Source: Candidatus Nomurabacteria bacterium
GTDB taxonomy: Bacteria; Patescibacteriota; Minisyncoccia; Phycocordibacterales; CALRBL01
Assembly: GCA_963834935.1 (NCBI GenBank)
Contig: CAWIDS010000003.1
Location: 1-35,998, forward strand
DNA length: 35,998 nucleotides
Direction: 5' to 3'
Below, in pieces: positions 25,164 through 33,921 of this stretch (the stretch's first letter is position 1; every line of letters starts with the position of its first letter). The position numbers were made by a program, and so were the translations under genes. The notes beneath the pieces were generated by a model. That model had not been told where the DNA came from. It worked only from the letters and a program-made list of their open reading frames with translations, and ran no database searches.

Positions 25164-26480
25164 TTACTGCTGCTTAACAACATTTATCCCTATCTTATCA
25201 GGGTCATTGGGGAAATTGGTCATCCAGACAGGATGCAAAGTGGCGTCAGCAGAGATGATTTCCGGATACATGCTTAATATTTCCTGAAGCTGGGATTTCG
25301 ATTTTCCTGCCAAGGCTTTTTGGAGTGCTGCTTTATCAAATGAATTACCGGTCGTTAGTGTTCCTTTCAGCTCTATCAGAAGCGGCTGGCTGTTCACGAA
25401 GCCTGGCGTAGTCGAACTTGCGCTATCTGAGAGAATGGAAAGATCAAGCGACCCGAGATTGTCGAATTGGTAGGTCTTGGAAAGCTGAGAGGAAATGAGA
25501 TCGGTAATCTCACTATTGTCGAATACCATACCGACCGCAATAGCCTTTCCTTCAAGTGATGAAGTGCCGGACGCTCCTGATTGGACATCAGATGTGTAGT
25601 TGACCTTGATGCCTTCCTTGAAAAATACGTAAGACGGAGGTACTTCCGACAAGAATTCCTGCTGTATGCCTGAAGCAAGAGAACTTTGAAGTTCTAACTG
25701 CGCCTTTTGGAGGTCCGCATCGCTCACGCTCGCTGCCAAGCCTGAGAATCCGCCAGTTGTCGGAGTGACAGAGCGCGCATAGAAGCCTTTGTATTTCGGA
25801 GTGCCTTGAAAACCAGGGATAGTGAAGTCCTGGTCAGCCAGGTTGTAATTCGCACCAGGCTGATCAGCTGTAATATCTGCATTGACGCTTCCAGGAGACG
25901 GAGGCACGGTCACGGTCTTGTCGAGTCGGAAAATCAATCCTCCGCTCGTTTGAAAACGGGTATTAGCGATAAGAATCTGCGATGTTGGTCCATAATTATT
26001 GTATATAGCAATAGTTCCGGTAGCTTTTTTCTGGACATTTGCAGGCGTACCGTTGCTTGGAAGCGGAATGCTTCCATCCTTCTCGACTGTCATCAGCTTG
26101 TATTGCAAGGTTCCAGTCGCCCACGCAGTGTCGGGCGTCGAACTTGCTATGATATCGACAGGAATCTGCTCTACTTTCAAAGTAATATCAACTTCCGCCT
26201 TCTTGAAAAAGAAGAGAAGCGATCCGAGAAGCGCCATGATGCAAATGAATGCGATTGTCCACATTGCGCGGCGTGAGGAAGAAGTTTTCGGAGGGATTGG
26301 AGGCAGAGGTTTTTTTGCATTGGTTTCGGGCGGAACGCGCTTTTTTGCACGAAATTCCGCAGTCTCCACGAGCAATTCGTCGATCTTGTTTTCTTTTTTC
26401 TCGCGGAGAGGAATATTCCGGATGGTGCGCCGTTTGGAGTCGTCAGCGGGGATAATATCTTGGAAAGATTTATTTGTCAT
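25164..26480 (-). CDS. Single-pass membrane protein with an extracellular baseplate-J/gp47-like domain
   Basis: Charged N-terminal tail, TM helix (WTIAFICIMALLGSLLFFF), then ATGTIAIYN..LIANTRF..GLIFRL..ITADQPGANYN pattern. Confidence 0.6.
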   Translation of the reverse strand: MTNKSFQDIIPADDSKRRTIRNIPLREKKENKIDELLVETAEFRAKKRVPPETNAKKPLPPIPPKTSSSRRAMWTIAFICIMALLGSLLFFFKKAEVDITLKVEQIPVDIIASSTPDTAWATGTLQYKLMTVEKDGSIPLPSNGTPANVQKKATGTIAIYNNYGPTSQILIANTRFQTSGGLIFRLDKTVTVPPSPGSVNADITADQPGANYNLADQDFTIPGFQGTPKYKGFYARSVTPTTGGFSGLAASVSDADLQKAQLELQSSLASGIQQEFLSEVPPSYVFFKEGIKVNYTSDVQSGASGTSSLEGKAIAVGMVFDNSEITDLISSQLSKTYQFDNLGSLDLSILSDSASSTTPGFVNSQPLLIELKGTLTTGNSFDKAALQKALAGKSKSQLQEILSMYPEIISADATLHPVWMTNFPNDPDKIGINVVKQQ

Positions 26481-27370
26481 GCGTCGATTATATCATACTC
26501 GCTCTCGTTTTTTACGTCAAAACCTTTTTCAGTGAAGCAAAGCGCGTGATATGAATCCGCCTTGAAGAAACCGTCGTAAAACGGTGCGTACTGCTTTTCA
26601 GCAACGAGATGAACGGCAGCGGGCAAAGAGATGCCTTCAGCGAGTTTTGTCAGTGTATCCTTTATCTGGCTGTCGTTCGCGGTTTGAAAAAGAGAGATAG
26701 CTTCAGACATTTTTTGCATCTGCGCAGGATCAATGGTCTTTTCCGAATACAAAGACAATGATGAAGCTGCGATTTCAGGAGTGACTCCGAGATGCTCCGA
26801 GATAATCTTGATAACGCTTTCATTACCGAAAGGCAATGAAAGCGCGGCAAAAGTGCTTTTTTTCTTGACGAAAAGATCAGAATCAGAATCATTGACGAGA
26901 AGTCCGATAAATTCTTCATTCTGATGAGACGCATATAATTTTTCTGCGCAGCTGAAGGCAAAGGATCCCAAGCTCATATTCTTACCTAACGCCTGCCTGA
27001 ATGAGGGATCAATCGCTTCAAAAAAGATGACAGATTCGATATTGTCGGCATCAGCCGGTACTACAGCGACTGGATAGCCGCTTACTTTATTTTCTATTAT
27101 CTTATGAGAAATATAGCCAGGAAACTGTTTGGTTTCTTCCGAAATCTTATCTTGAAGCTCCTCCTTGCTTGCCGCAGTGAAAGTCTTCGTTTCAGATCTG
27201 ATTCTCTTGCCGGCAAAAAGGCAATCGACTGAAGCAGGTTTCTTTTCATTTATCAGCGCCTTGATAAATTCAAGACACTGCTGATCCGAGATGAATTTCG
27301 TCTCAACAAGCTTTTCGCCTTTGATGAAGCAAAGAAATGAATGATCTCTGATGATCAATTTAAGGGACAT
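26477..27370 (-). CDS. Degenerate FtsA/PilM-like actin-fold protein
   Basis: SLPFGNESVIKIISEHLGVTPEIAASSLSLY matches the FtsA/PilM PFGG..I...L...AE segment; the DIG phosphate motifs are eroded; stop overlaps the next ATG (ATGA). Confidence 0.5.
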   Translation of the reverse strand: MSLKLIIRDHSFLCFIKGEKLVETKFISDQQCLEFIKALINEKKPASVDCLFAGKRIRSETKTFTAASKEELQDKISEETKQFPGYISHKIIENKVSGYPVAVVPADADNIESVIFFEAIDPSFRQALGKNMSLGSFAFSCAEKLYASHQNEEFIGLLVNDSDSDLFVKKKSTFAALSLPFGNESVIKIISEHLGVTPEIAASSLSLYSEKTIDPAQMQKMSEAISLFQTANDSQIKDTLTKLAEGISLPAAVHLVAEKQYAPFYDGFFKADSYHALCFTEKGFDVKNESEYDIIDA

Positions 27371-27391
27371 TCCTACATTGTATCAAAAATC

Positions 27392-29167
27392 CTATTCAAG
27401 GACAGCCTTTATGCGCCGCACGCCGGCGGAAACAGCTTCTTCCTTGACGATTTTGAATGTACCAAGCTCCGAAGTATTCGAAACATGGGGGCCGCCGCAG
27501 AATTCCCTGCTGAAAAAACCGTCGGTCTCATTGCCGATCGAGAAGACTTTGACGATATCGCCGTATCTATCTCCGAATGTATGAATGGCTCCGATCTTTT
27601 CCGCTTCTTCTTTCGGCATTTCCTTGAAGGTGACCGGATGGGCTTCCTTTATTTTCATGTTAACCAGATCTTCTGCTTTCTTCTTCTCCTCCTCTGTCAT
27701 TTTCTGCGGATGAGAAAAATCGAAGCGCATGCGTTCAGCGGTGATATTGCTTCCCTTCTGCATGACATGGGTACCAAGCACTTCGCGTAGGGCGGCGTTC
27801 AAAAGATGCGTGGCTGTATGATATCTTGTCTCGGCAATGCCCGTTCCTGCCAGCCCGCCTTTGAATTTCTGGTCGCTTCCTGAGCGGGAAAGCTCCTGAT
27901 GCTTCTTGAATTCATTTTCGAAGCCTTTTTGATCGATACTGATTCCTTTTTCCTGAGCCAATTCCTTGATGATGTCGATCGGAAAGCCATATGAGGAAAA
28001 AAGTAGGAATGCGTCAGTGCCAGAAATATCGGAAGTCGAAAGCCTATCGAATTCTTTCATGCCTTTATCGAGAGTCGAGCGGAACTTGTGCTCCTCATCG
28101 TCAATCTCCTTCTTGATATGTTCTTTTTGGGTAAGCAGAAGTGGATAGGCATCCTGGTTCGTCTGTACCACAGCATCGGCAATCCAAAATAGCGAGCCAT
28201 GCTTCATGCCGAGCAGATCGCTTTGCCGGACGGAGCGCCTGATCAATCTTCGAAGTACGTAGCCTTGGTCCTTGTTTGAAGGTAGCACTCCATCACCGAT
28301 AAGGAAGACTGCTGCACGTATATGATCAGCGATTATGCGTTCTGCACGCACATCCTGATTCTTGCCCTCTGGAATAAAGGAGGTAATCTTCTGCATGACC
28401 GGCTCAAAGATATCAGTATCAAAAATATTGTCCTTTCCTTGAAGGACCATCGTCACGCGCTCGAAGCCTGAACCAGTATCGACATTCTTCTTTTCAAGCT
28501 TACCTATCACTTTTCCATCCTTCTTGATGTATTCCATGAAGACGTCGTTCCAAATTTCCACAAGCTTCTGATCATCATCGGCTTTTATGTATTCTTCGAG
28601 CGAAAGATCACCCACGCCATCGGCTGTGACATCGTAAAACATCTCGGTATCGGGGCCGCAAGGGCCGTTATCGCCCGGGCTCCACCAATTCTTGTCTGCA
28701 GGTCGGTAATAGATGCGATTCTCGGGAAGATATTTTTTCCAAATAGCCGCAGCTTCCACATCACAAGGAGCATTCTCGTCTCCTTCGAAAACGGTCACAT
28801 AAAGCCTTTTCGGATCCAAGCCGAAGCCATCTTCTTTCGAGGTCAGCAATTCGAAGCTCCACTTGATGGCCTCTTCCTTGAAATAATCGCCAAGCGACCA
28901 GTTGCCCATCATCTCAAAAAAAGTCGCGTGAGTGTTGTCGCCGATATCGTCAATATCACCCGTCCGTACGCACTTCTGGAAGTTGACCAATCGCGCACCA
29001 AGAGGGTGTTTTTCGCCGAGAAGATATGGCACCAACGGTTGCATGCCGGCGGTATTGAAAAGCACGGACGGATCGTTCTCCGGCACAAGCGAGGCGCTCG
29101 GCAGGATGGCATGGCCGCGCTTCTCGAAGAACGATATGAACCGCTGGCGGATTTCCGAGGATTTCAT
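27392..29167 (-). CDS. alaS: Alanyl-tRNA synthetase, C-terminally short (no C-Ala domain)
   Basis: LFNTAGMQPL, QKCVRTGDI, FFEMMGNWS, DTGSGFER, editing HTATHLL and EFCGGPH; ends at AGVRRIKAVLE (591 aa). Confidence 0.97.
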   Translation of the reverse strand: MKSSEIRQRFISFFEKRGHAILPSASLVPENDPSVLFNTAGMQPLVPYLLGEKHPLGARLVNFQKCVRTGDIDDIGDNTHATFFEMMGNWSLGDYFKEEAIKWSFELLTSKEDGFGLDPKRLYVTVFEGDENAPCDVEAAAIWKKYLPENRIYYRPADKNWWSPGDNGPCGPDTEMFYDVTADGVGDLSLEEYIKADDDQKLVEIWNDVFMEYIKKDGKVIGKLEKKNVDTGSGFERVTMVLQGKDNIFDTDIFEPVMQKITSFIPEGKNQDVRAERIIADHIRAAVFLIGDGVLPSNKDQGYVLRRLIRRSVRQSDLLGMKHGSLFWIADAVVQTNQDAYPLLLTQKEHIKKEIDDEEHKFRSTLDKGMKEFDRLSTSDISGTDAFLLFSSYGFPIDIIKELAQEKGISIDQKGFENEFKKHQELSRSGSDQKFKGGLAGTGIAETRYHTATHLLNAALREVLGTHVMQKGSNITAERMRFDFSHPQKMTEEEKKKAEDLVNMKIKEAHPVTFKEMPKEEAEKIGAIHTFGDRYGDIVKVFSIGNETDGFFSREFCGGPHVSNTSELGTFKIVKEEAVSAGVRRIKAVLE

Positions 29168-29172
29168 AGGGA

Positions 29173-30921
29173 CTAATCTAACATACTTTCAAGCAGTTTT
29201 ATATCTCCCTCGATCGAATCGATTCCCTCTTTCCAGAATGCGGGATCAGATGTATTGATGCCAATGTCCTTGAAAATATCATGAGGGCTTTTGGATCCGC
29301 CCGCCTTAAGAAATATCTTTATCTTATCGAGATATGCAGGGTCTTTCTTGTATTTCTTGTAAAGAGCGCGGCTGATTAGCGCGCCGTAAGCATAAGAGTA
29401 CACGTAAAAGAAATTGCGTATGTGGCTCCACTGGACGAAGAAATAGCCGTCATTTTCCTTCAGGTCGAACACAGGGCCAAGGTAGGCCTTCATGTGCTTA
29501 TTCATCATAGTCGCAATCGCTTCCTTCGACACGGCTCCTTTACTCCTTATTTCCAAATGAAGCTCTTCCTCGAAATTAAAGCAAGCTATCTGCCTGAAGA
29601 TTGTTTGAACTGCTTCGCTCAGTCGATCATGGAGGGCAATTATCTTTTCTTTGCGACTGAGTGTTTGGAAAATATTGTCGAAGACAATCTGCTCGAAGAA
29701 TGTGCTCGCCACTTCGGCAACTGCAGTCGAATAATCCACATATAAAGGACTCTGCTCCTTTGAAAATTCAGAATGGATGGCATGCCCCATCTCGTGGGCA
29801 AGCGTAGTTACCGAAGCCATGCTTGAGACATGGTTAAGCAGGACGAATGTCGGATTATTCAACGACGACGAGCAATATGCGCCACCTGTCTTTCCCTTCT
29901 TCGGATAGACGTCGATCTGTCCATTTTCGAGATAATTGTCCAACACTTTTTCAAAATAGGGATCAGCTTCGCGGAAGGATTTTCTTACTAGATCAAGGCC
30001 GGCTTCGAAAGATATCTCTTTCTTTACCTTGCCTACCCGCACCCCGCGATCTGCATAAGCCAGCTTTTTAAGCCCAAGAAGTTTTGCCTTGAGCTTGTAG
30101 AAACGATGGCTTGTCTTTGAGCATTTGACGACGGCCTCGCGCAGAGCTAAAACCATCTTTTCATCAGTCTGATGGCTAAGAAGAGTCGCATCGTATGGAT
30201 TCTTGAAATCACGAAGGCTGTCGTTGATCTTCTTGTCGGTGTAGATGGCATTGATTTCTGCTTCAGTGAATTCGCTTATGGATTCAAGCTTTTCCATAAG
30301 CAAACCATGCAGCTTGTACCTGTCTTTCGGTGGCAAAGTGAAAATGAGCGAACTTGCTTGCGAAAGCGGCAGTTCTTGATCCTTCCATTTCACCGTCTGC
30401 TTGCTCAGCATCTTGTCGAAGCCAGATATCCATAGCTGGCGCGATGTAAGTGATTTGAGCGAAAGTATTTTTTCTTCAGCCTCCGAAAGCATGTGGCTTG
30501 CCTGACCAAAAACACATTTGAGATAATAGCTGAAATGCGAGAGTCTTTTTGATGAAAGGAACATTTTCTGCTTTTTCTTGCCTATTTTGCCGAGAATGAT
30601 CTCAAAGAAAACTATCTTGTTGTGAATCGCCGTCAGCCTCTGATTTATCTTGTTCATCTGCGCTTCTGCTTCTTGATCTGCGGCGTTCAGATCCCTTACG
30701 TAGTGAAAATAAAGGTAAGGTGTGATTCCTCCTCCAGTAGCAGCTAATTTTTCATAATCCAAAAGAGCCTTGAGCAAGGCTTCTTCATTCGAAATGAAGT
30801 CCTTGCTTCTGTATTTCTTCTCAAAATCAGAATATGCCTTTTCGACTTTTTTCAGATCCTCCTCGATTTTCGGGTCGATATGCGACTTGTAAAGCAATTT
30901 GAGGTTCCATGATGTTTTCAT
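29173..30921 (-). CDS. Oligoendopeptidase F (peptidase M3B)
   Basis: Starts with WNL, GGAYC, TLAHEMGHAIH, AEVASTFFE, HIRNFFYVYSYAYG. Confidence 0.95.
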   Translation of the reverse strand: MKTSWNLKLLYKSHIDPKIEEDLKKVEKAYSDFEKKYRSKDFISNEEALLKALLDYEKLAATGGGITPYLYFHYVRDLNAADQEAEAQMNKINQRLTAIHNKIVFFEIILGKIGKKKQKMFLSSKRLSHFSYYLKCVFGQASHMLSEAEEKILSLKSLTSRQLWISGFDKMLSKQTVKWKDQELPLSQASSLIFTLPPKDRYKLHGLLMEKLESISEFTEAEINAIYTDKKINDSLRDFKNPYDATLLSHQTDEKMVLALREAVVKCSKTSHRFYKLKAKLLGLKKLAYADRGVRVGKVKKEISFEAGLDLVRKSFREADPYFEKVLDNYLENGQIDVYPKKGKTGGAYCSSSLNNPTFVLLNHVSSMASVTTLAHEMGHAIHSEFSKEQSPLYVDYSTAVAEVASTFFEQIVFDNIFQTLSRKEKIIALHDRLSEAVQTIFRQIACFNFEEELHLEIRSKGAVSKEAIATMMNKHMKAYLGPVFDLKENDGYFFVQWSHIRNFFYVYSYAYGALISRALYKKYKKDPAYLDKIKIFLKAGGSKSPHDIFKDIGINTSDPAFWKEGIDSIEGDIKLLESMLD

Positions 30922-30936
30922 CAGCCGAGTATACCA

Positions 30937-31530
30937 CTAGATATACCTCTTTAGAAGCATGAAGTCTTCCTTGAGCGTATCTTTCAGACGCTGGTTGTAG
31001 ATGCTTGCTGCGGGATGATACAAAGGAATGATAATTATCTCGCCGTATGAGGCTTTGAATTTCATTTCATTGCCATGGGCCTGCGAGATCGGCATGTGGA
31101 ATTGCGAATCGAATTTGCGAATGATGTAATCCATCGAGAAGCGGCCGAGCGTCGCGATCACTTTCGGCTTAATGATATCTATCTGCCTATCGAGGAACGG
31201 TCCGTAGATCTCAATTTCCTTAGGTGTCGGATCGCGGTTCTCCGGCGGACGGTCCAAAACAATGCTTGTCACATACACGGCATTTCTCTGAAGACCTATG
31301 ATCGAGAGCAGTTCATCCAACACCCTGCCGGACGCGCCGCAGAACGGCTTTGCCGTGAGAGCTTCATTCTTTCCAGGGGCTTCGCCGATAAACATTATGC
31401 TTGCATCGAGATCCCCTTCTCCGATTACCGGGAAATAATTGTTTGAGGTTCGGTACGCGTACAGGGGAGATTTCTTCAGGTTCAGCACCTCGTTATGAAT
31501 TTTCTTGATCTGTTTGTCTTTTTTTGTCAT
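30937..31530 (-). CDS. Uracil-DNA glycosylase, family 4-like, lacking Fe-S cysteines
   Basis: MFIGEAPG, KPFCGASG, DRPPENRDPT, ATLGRFS, LYHPAA. Confidence 0.92.
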   Translation of the reverse strand: MTKKDKQIKKIHNEVLNLKKSPLYAYRTSNNYFPVIGEGDLDASIMFIGEAPGKNEALTAKPFCGASGRVLDELLSIIGLQRNAVYVTSIVLDRPPENRDPTPKEIEIYGPFLDRQIDIIKPKVIATLGRFSMDYIIRKFDSQFHMPISQAHGNEMKFKASYGEIIIIPLYHPAASIYNQRLKDTLKEDFMLLKRYI

Positions 31531-31542
31531 TTATATTGCTTC

Positions 31543-32304
31543 CTATTTATTTTTCGACTCGATCAGCGCCTTGCCAGCATCGGTGCGATATCTGCAATAC
31601 TCGCAATTATCTGAGGGGCTCGGTACACGCTCATCCATCAGGCATTTTTTGATCAGGATGAGAGTCTTCTCGATCCATTTTCCGTCGCCTTCATAAGGGA
31701 TCACCTTGATGTCGAATTCCAGCCGCGCATTGAAGCTGTCGAGATCGCGGCGGCCGTTCGCATAGACGAAGTATCCAGTGTCGGAAACCTTGAAGCCGTT
31801 CTGACGGAGCAGCCATTGGTAGACTTCCATCTGCCGCTTGTATCCGCCCTGCCACTCGGCATCCAGATTCACTTCGCTCTCTTTGCTCGTCGATTTATAA
31901 TCAACGACGATAAGTTCGCCCTCAGGGTTGACCCATACGTCGTCAACTGCGCCGAAAATAAGCAGGTTGGTCTTCTCGTGGAGATGCTGGACGCCGACAA
32001 AATTCTCGCGCCAGGTATCTATTTCCGCGTGTGAAAACGGGATGGCATCGATATGAAAAGTCAGCATCAGTGGATGAGCGGTCTTGGCTTTTCGGTGAGC
32101 ATCGAATTCCTTTTTCAAAAGATGGTCGACGGCGCTATTGAGATTGAAAGGAAATCCTTGCGGACGGGAGACGCCAAGCCGGCGGTCAAGATAGAAGCAT
32201 CGGGGGCATTCGATGAAGAGATCAATTTTTGATCGCGAAAGCTTGAATGGAGCTTTGCTTGCCGGCTCAAACAGCTTTTTCTTGTATCCGAATGTGTATG
32301 CCAT
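31543..32304 (-). CDS. PD-(D/E)XK nuclease (RecB/AddB-like superfamily)
   Basis: SRSKIDLFIECPRCFYL, GAVDD...VVDYKST, QMEVY, CEYC. Start moved to MAYTFG at 32304, which has TG-C-TACAAT 6 nt upstream. Confidence 0.88.
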   Translation of the reverse strand: MAYTFGYKKKLFEPASKAPFKLSRSKIDLFIECPRCFYLDRRLGVSRPQGFPFNLNSAVDHLLKKEFDAHRKAKTAHPLMLTFHIDAIPFSHAEIDTWRENFVGVQHLHEKTNLLIFGAVDDVWVNPEGELIVVDYKSTSKESEVNLDAEWQGGYKRQMEVYQWLLRQNGFKVSDTGYFVYANGRRDLDSFNARLEFDIKVIPYEGDGKWIEKTLILIKKCLMDERVPSPSDNCEYCRYRTDAGKALIESKNK

Positions 32305-32320
32305 ATTGAAATTGTAGCAC

Positions 32321-32349
32321 AAAAAAACCGCCAGCATGGTGCGGCGGTT
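32321..32349 (-). terminator. Intrinsic terminator after the hypothetical gene
   Basis: Minus strand reads AACCGCC-gcaccatgct-GGCGGTT followed by a T run. Confidence 0.75.
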
Positions 32350-32363
32350 GGATTCAAAGGCAT

Positions 32364-32762
32364 TCAAAGCGGGCATGAACCTGCAATATCGGCGAGCTCG
32401 TCCCAGCAATGTTTCCGTCGCGGATCCGCATGCCAGTCGATGTTTCGCATCACATCCATCTGTTCAGGCAGTGCCAGTCCCTTGAATTTGTTCAACGGAG
32501 ATCCGCTCAACTTAAGCTTCATGCCATTCTCGAATATCTTCGATTCATCGACCCAGACCATGAAATCGATCAGGTTCGGCATATCGACGTCGTCGCGATT
32601 GATGACATAAGCAATGAGGGCCGTGAAGGCGTCTGCGTTGGATGCGAAATCTAGGCTTATGCAAAACAGCATTCTGATTAGCTCGTTGGTGTCTACTCCT
32701 TTAAAAAACTCGGTAGGAGACGGGAGTGGCCTCAAGAAGTAGTCCATTATTCTCTGTTCCAT
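32364..32762 (-). CDS. Hypothetical helical protein
   Basis: Fills the gap between mnmA and the terminator. Start moved to MEQRIM at 32762 (132 aa) to avoid overlap with mnmA. No family recognised. Confidence 0.55.
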   Translation of the reverse strand: MEQRIMDYFLRPLPSPTEFFKGVDTNELIRMLFCISLDFASNADAFTALIAYVINRDDVDMPNLIDFMVWVDESKIFENGMKLKLSGSPLNKFKGLALPEQMDVMRNIDWHADPRRKHCWDELADIAGSCPL

Positions 32763-32799
32763 ATATTGGTGCTTTTTCGTTTTTACCTTCTCACTATAT

Positions 32800-33921
32800 C
32801 TAGATGATGTCAAGTCTTCCGCCTCCAAGACATTTTCCCCCGTCATAAACGACAAGCGACTGCCCGCTCGCCGGGATTTCAGCTTGTCCAAGAAATGTTA
32901 TTTGGGCTTCATTATTGCCCAAGATTCTTATCTTCATATCATGGAGCATGCCTCGGTAACGTATCCTGCCCTGATAGGCGATATTCTTGCTGGGAATGGC
33001 GATCCAATTCGTATCTTTTATCCTGAATGTCATCAGCTTAGCATCATGCATGAGCGACTGATCTACTTTCTTATGCGAAACGACAAGGACATTCTTCTCT
33101 GCATCTTTTGACACAACAAAGTAAGGAGCGTCGTCTGGAGTCTTCTGAGTAATCGTGAATCCATGCCTCTCGCCGATCGTATAAAAGAGCGAGCCTTGGT
33201 GATGACCGATGACTTCACCATTCTCATCGAGGACATCACCAGGATTTTCTGCGATGTAATGCTTGAGAAATTCTTTCATATCCACTTTGCCCACAAAGCA
33301 CAATCCTTGGCTGTCTTTCTTTTCGGCATTCGGCAGATTTAATTTTCTTGCGAGCCTTCTTACCTCGGACTTCGGAATATCGCCCACAGGAAAAAGAGTT
33401 TTCGCCAGCTGCCTTGCCCCAAGCGTCCAAAGGAAATATGACTGGTCCTTGTTGTCATCCTGCCCTTTGAACAGATTCCTGCCGTCAGTCTGCGCATAAT
33501 GGCCGGTAGCAATAAGATCAGCGCCCTGCCCCATCGCCCAATCAAAAAAGCTACCGAACTTCACGTATTTGTTGCACATGACGTCCGGATTAGGCGTCAG
33601 TCCCTTTCGATATTCTGTAATCATGTAATCCACCACTTCTTTCTTGTATTCTTTTTCCAGATCGAGGGTAATGAACGGAATATCAAGATGCGCGGCAGCC
33701 CGCATTGCGTCCCGGCGCTCGTCCTTCCATGAGCATGGCATGAAATCCGGCTGCCAGACTTTTATGAACACCCCCGTAACATCGTATCCCTGCAGCTTAA
33801 GAAGCGCAGCAGAAACAGAAGAATCGACGCCTCCTGACATGCCAACAAAGACTTTCTTGCCGATATTTTCCTTAGAGATATTTTTTCTTGTTCTTAAGAT
33901 GTTCGGCATAAGTCTTCGCAT
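32800..33921 (-). CDS. mnmA: tRNA 2-thiouridylase MnmA
   Basis: VGMSGGVDSS, TPNPDVMCNK, ATGHYA, KDQSYFL, KDSQGLCFVG, GQSLVVY. The start could be 33921 or 33909. Confidence 0.98.
   Translation of the reverse strand: MRRLMPNILRTRKNISKENIGKKVFVGMSGGVDSSVSAALLKLQGYDVTGVFIKVWQPDFMPCSWKDERRDAMRAAAHLDIPFITLDLEKEYKKEVVDYMITEYRKGLTPNPDVMCNKYVKFGSFFDWAMGQGADLIATGHYAQTDGRNLFKGQDDNKDQSYFLWTLGARQLAKTLFPVGDIPKSEVRRLARKLNLPNAEKKDSQGLCFVGKVDMKEFLKHYIAENPGDVLDENGEVIGHHQGSLFYTIGERHGFTITQKTPDDAPYFVVSKDAEKNVLVVSHKKVDQSLMHDAKLMTFRIKDTNWIAIPSKNIAYQGRIRYRGMLHDMKIRILGNNEAQITFLGQAEIPASGQSLVVYDGGKCLGGGRLDII

Noticed and set aside
25164-26480. Prophage or tailocin remnant
   Set aside because: No other phage structural, terminase or integrase genes; the protein has a TM anchor and sits among core genes.
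31543-32304. Cas4 / CRISPR locus
   Set aside because: No repeat-spacer array or other cas genes anywhere in the window, and the Cys pattern differs from Cas4.
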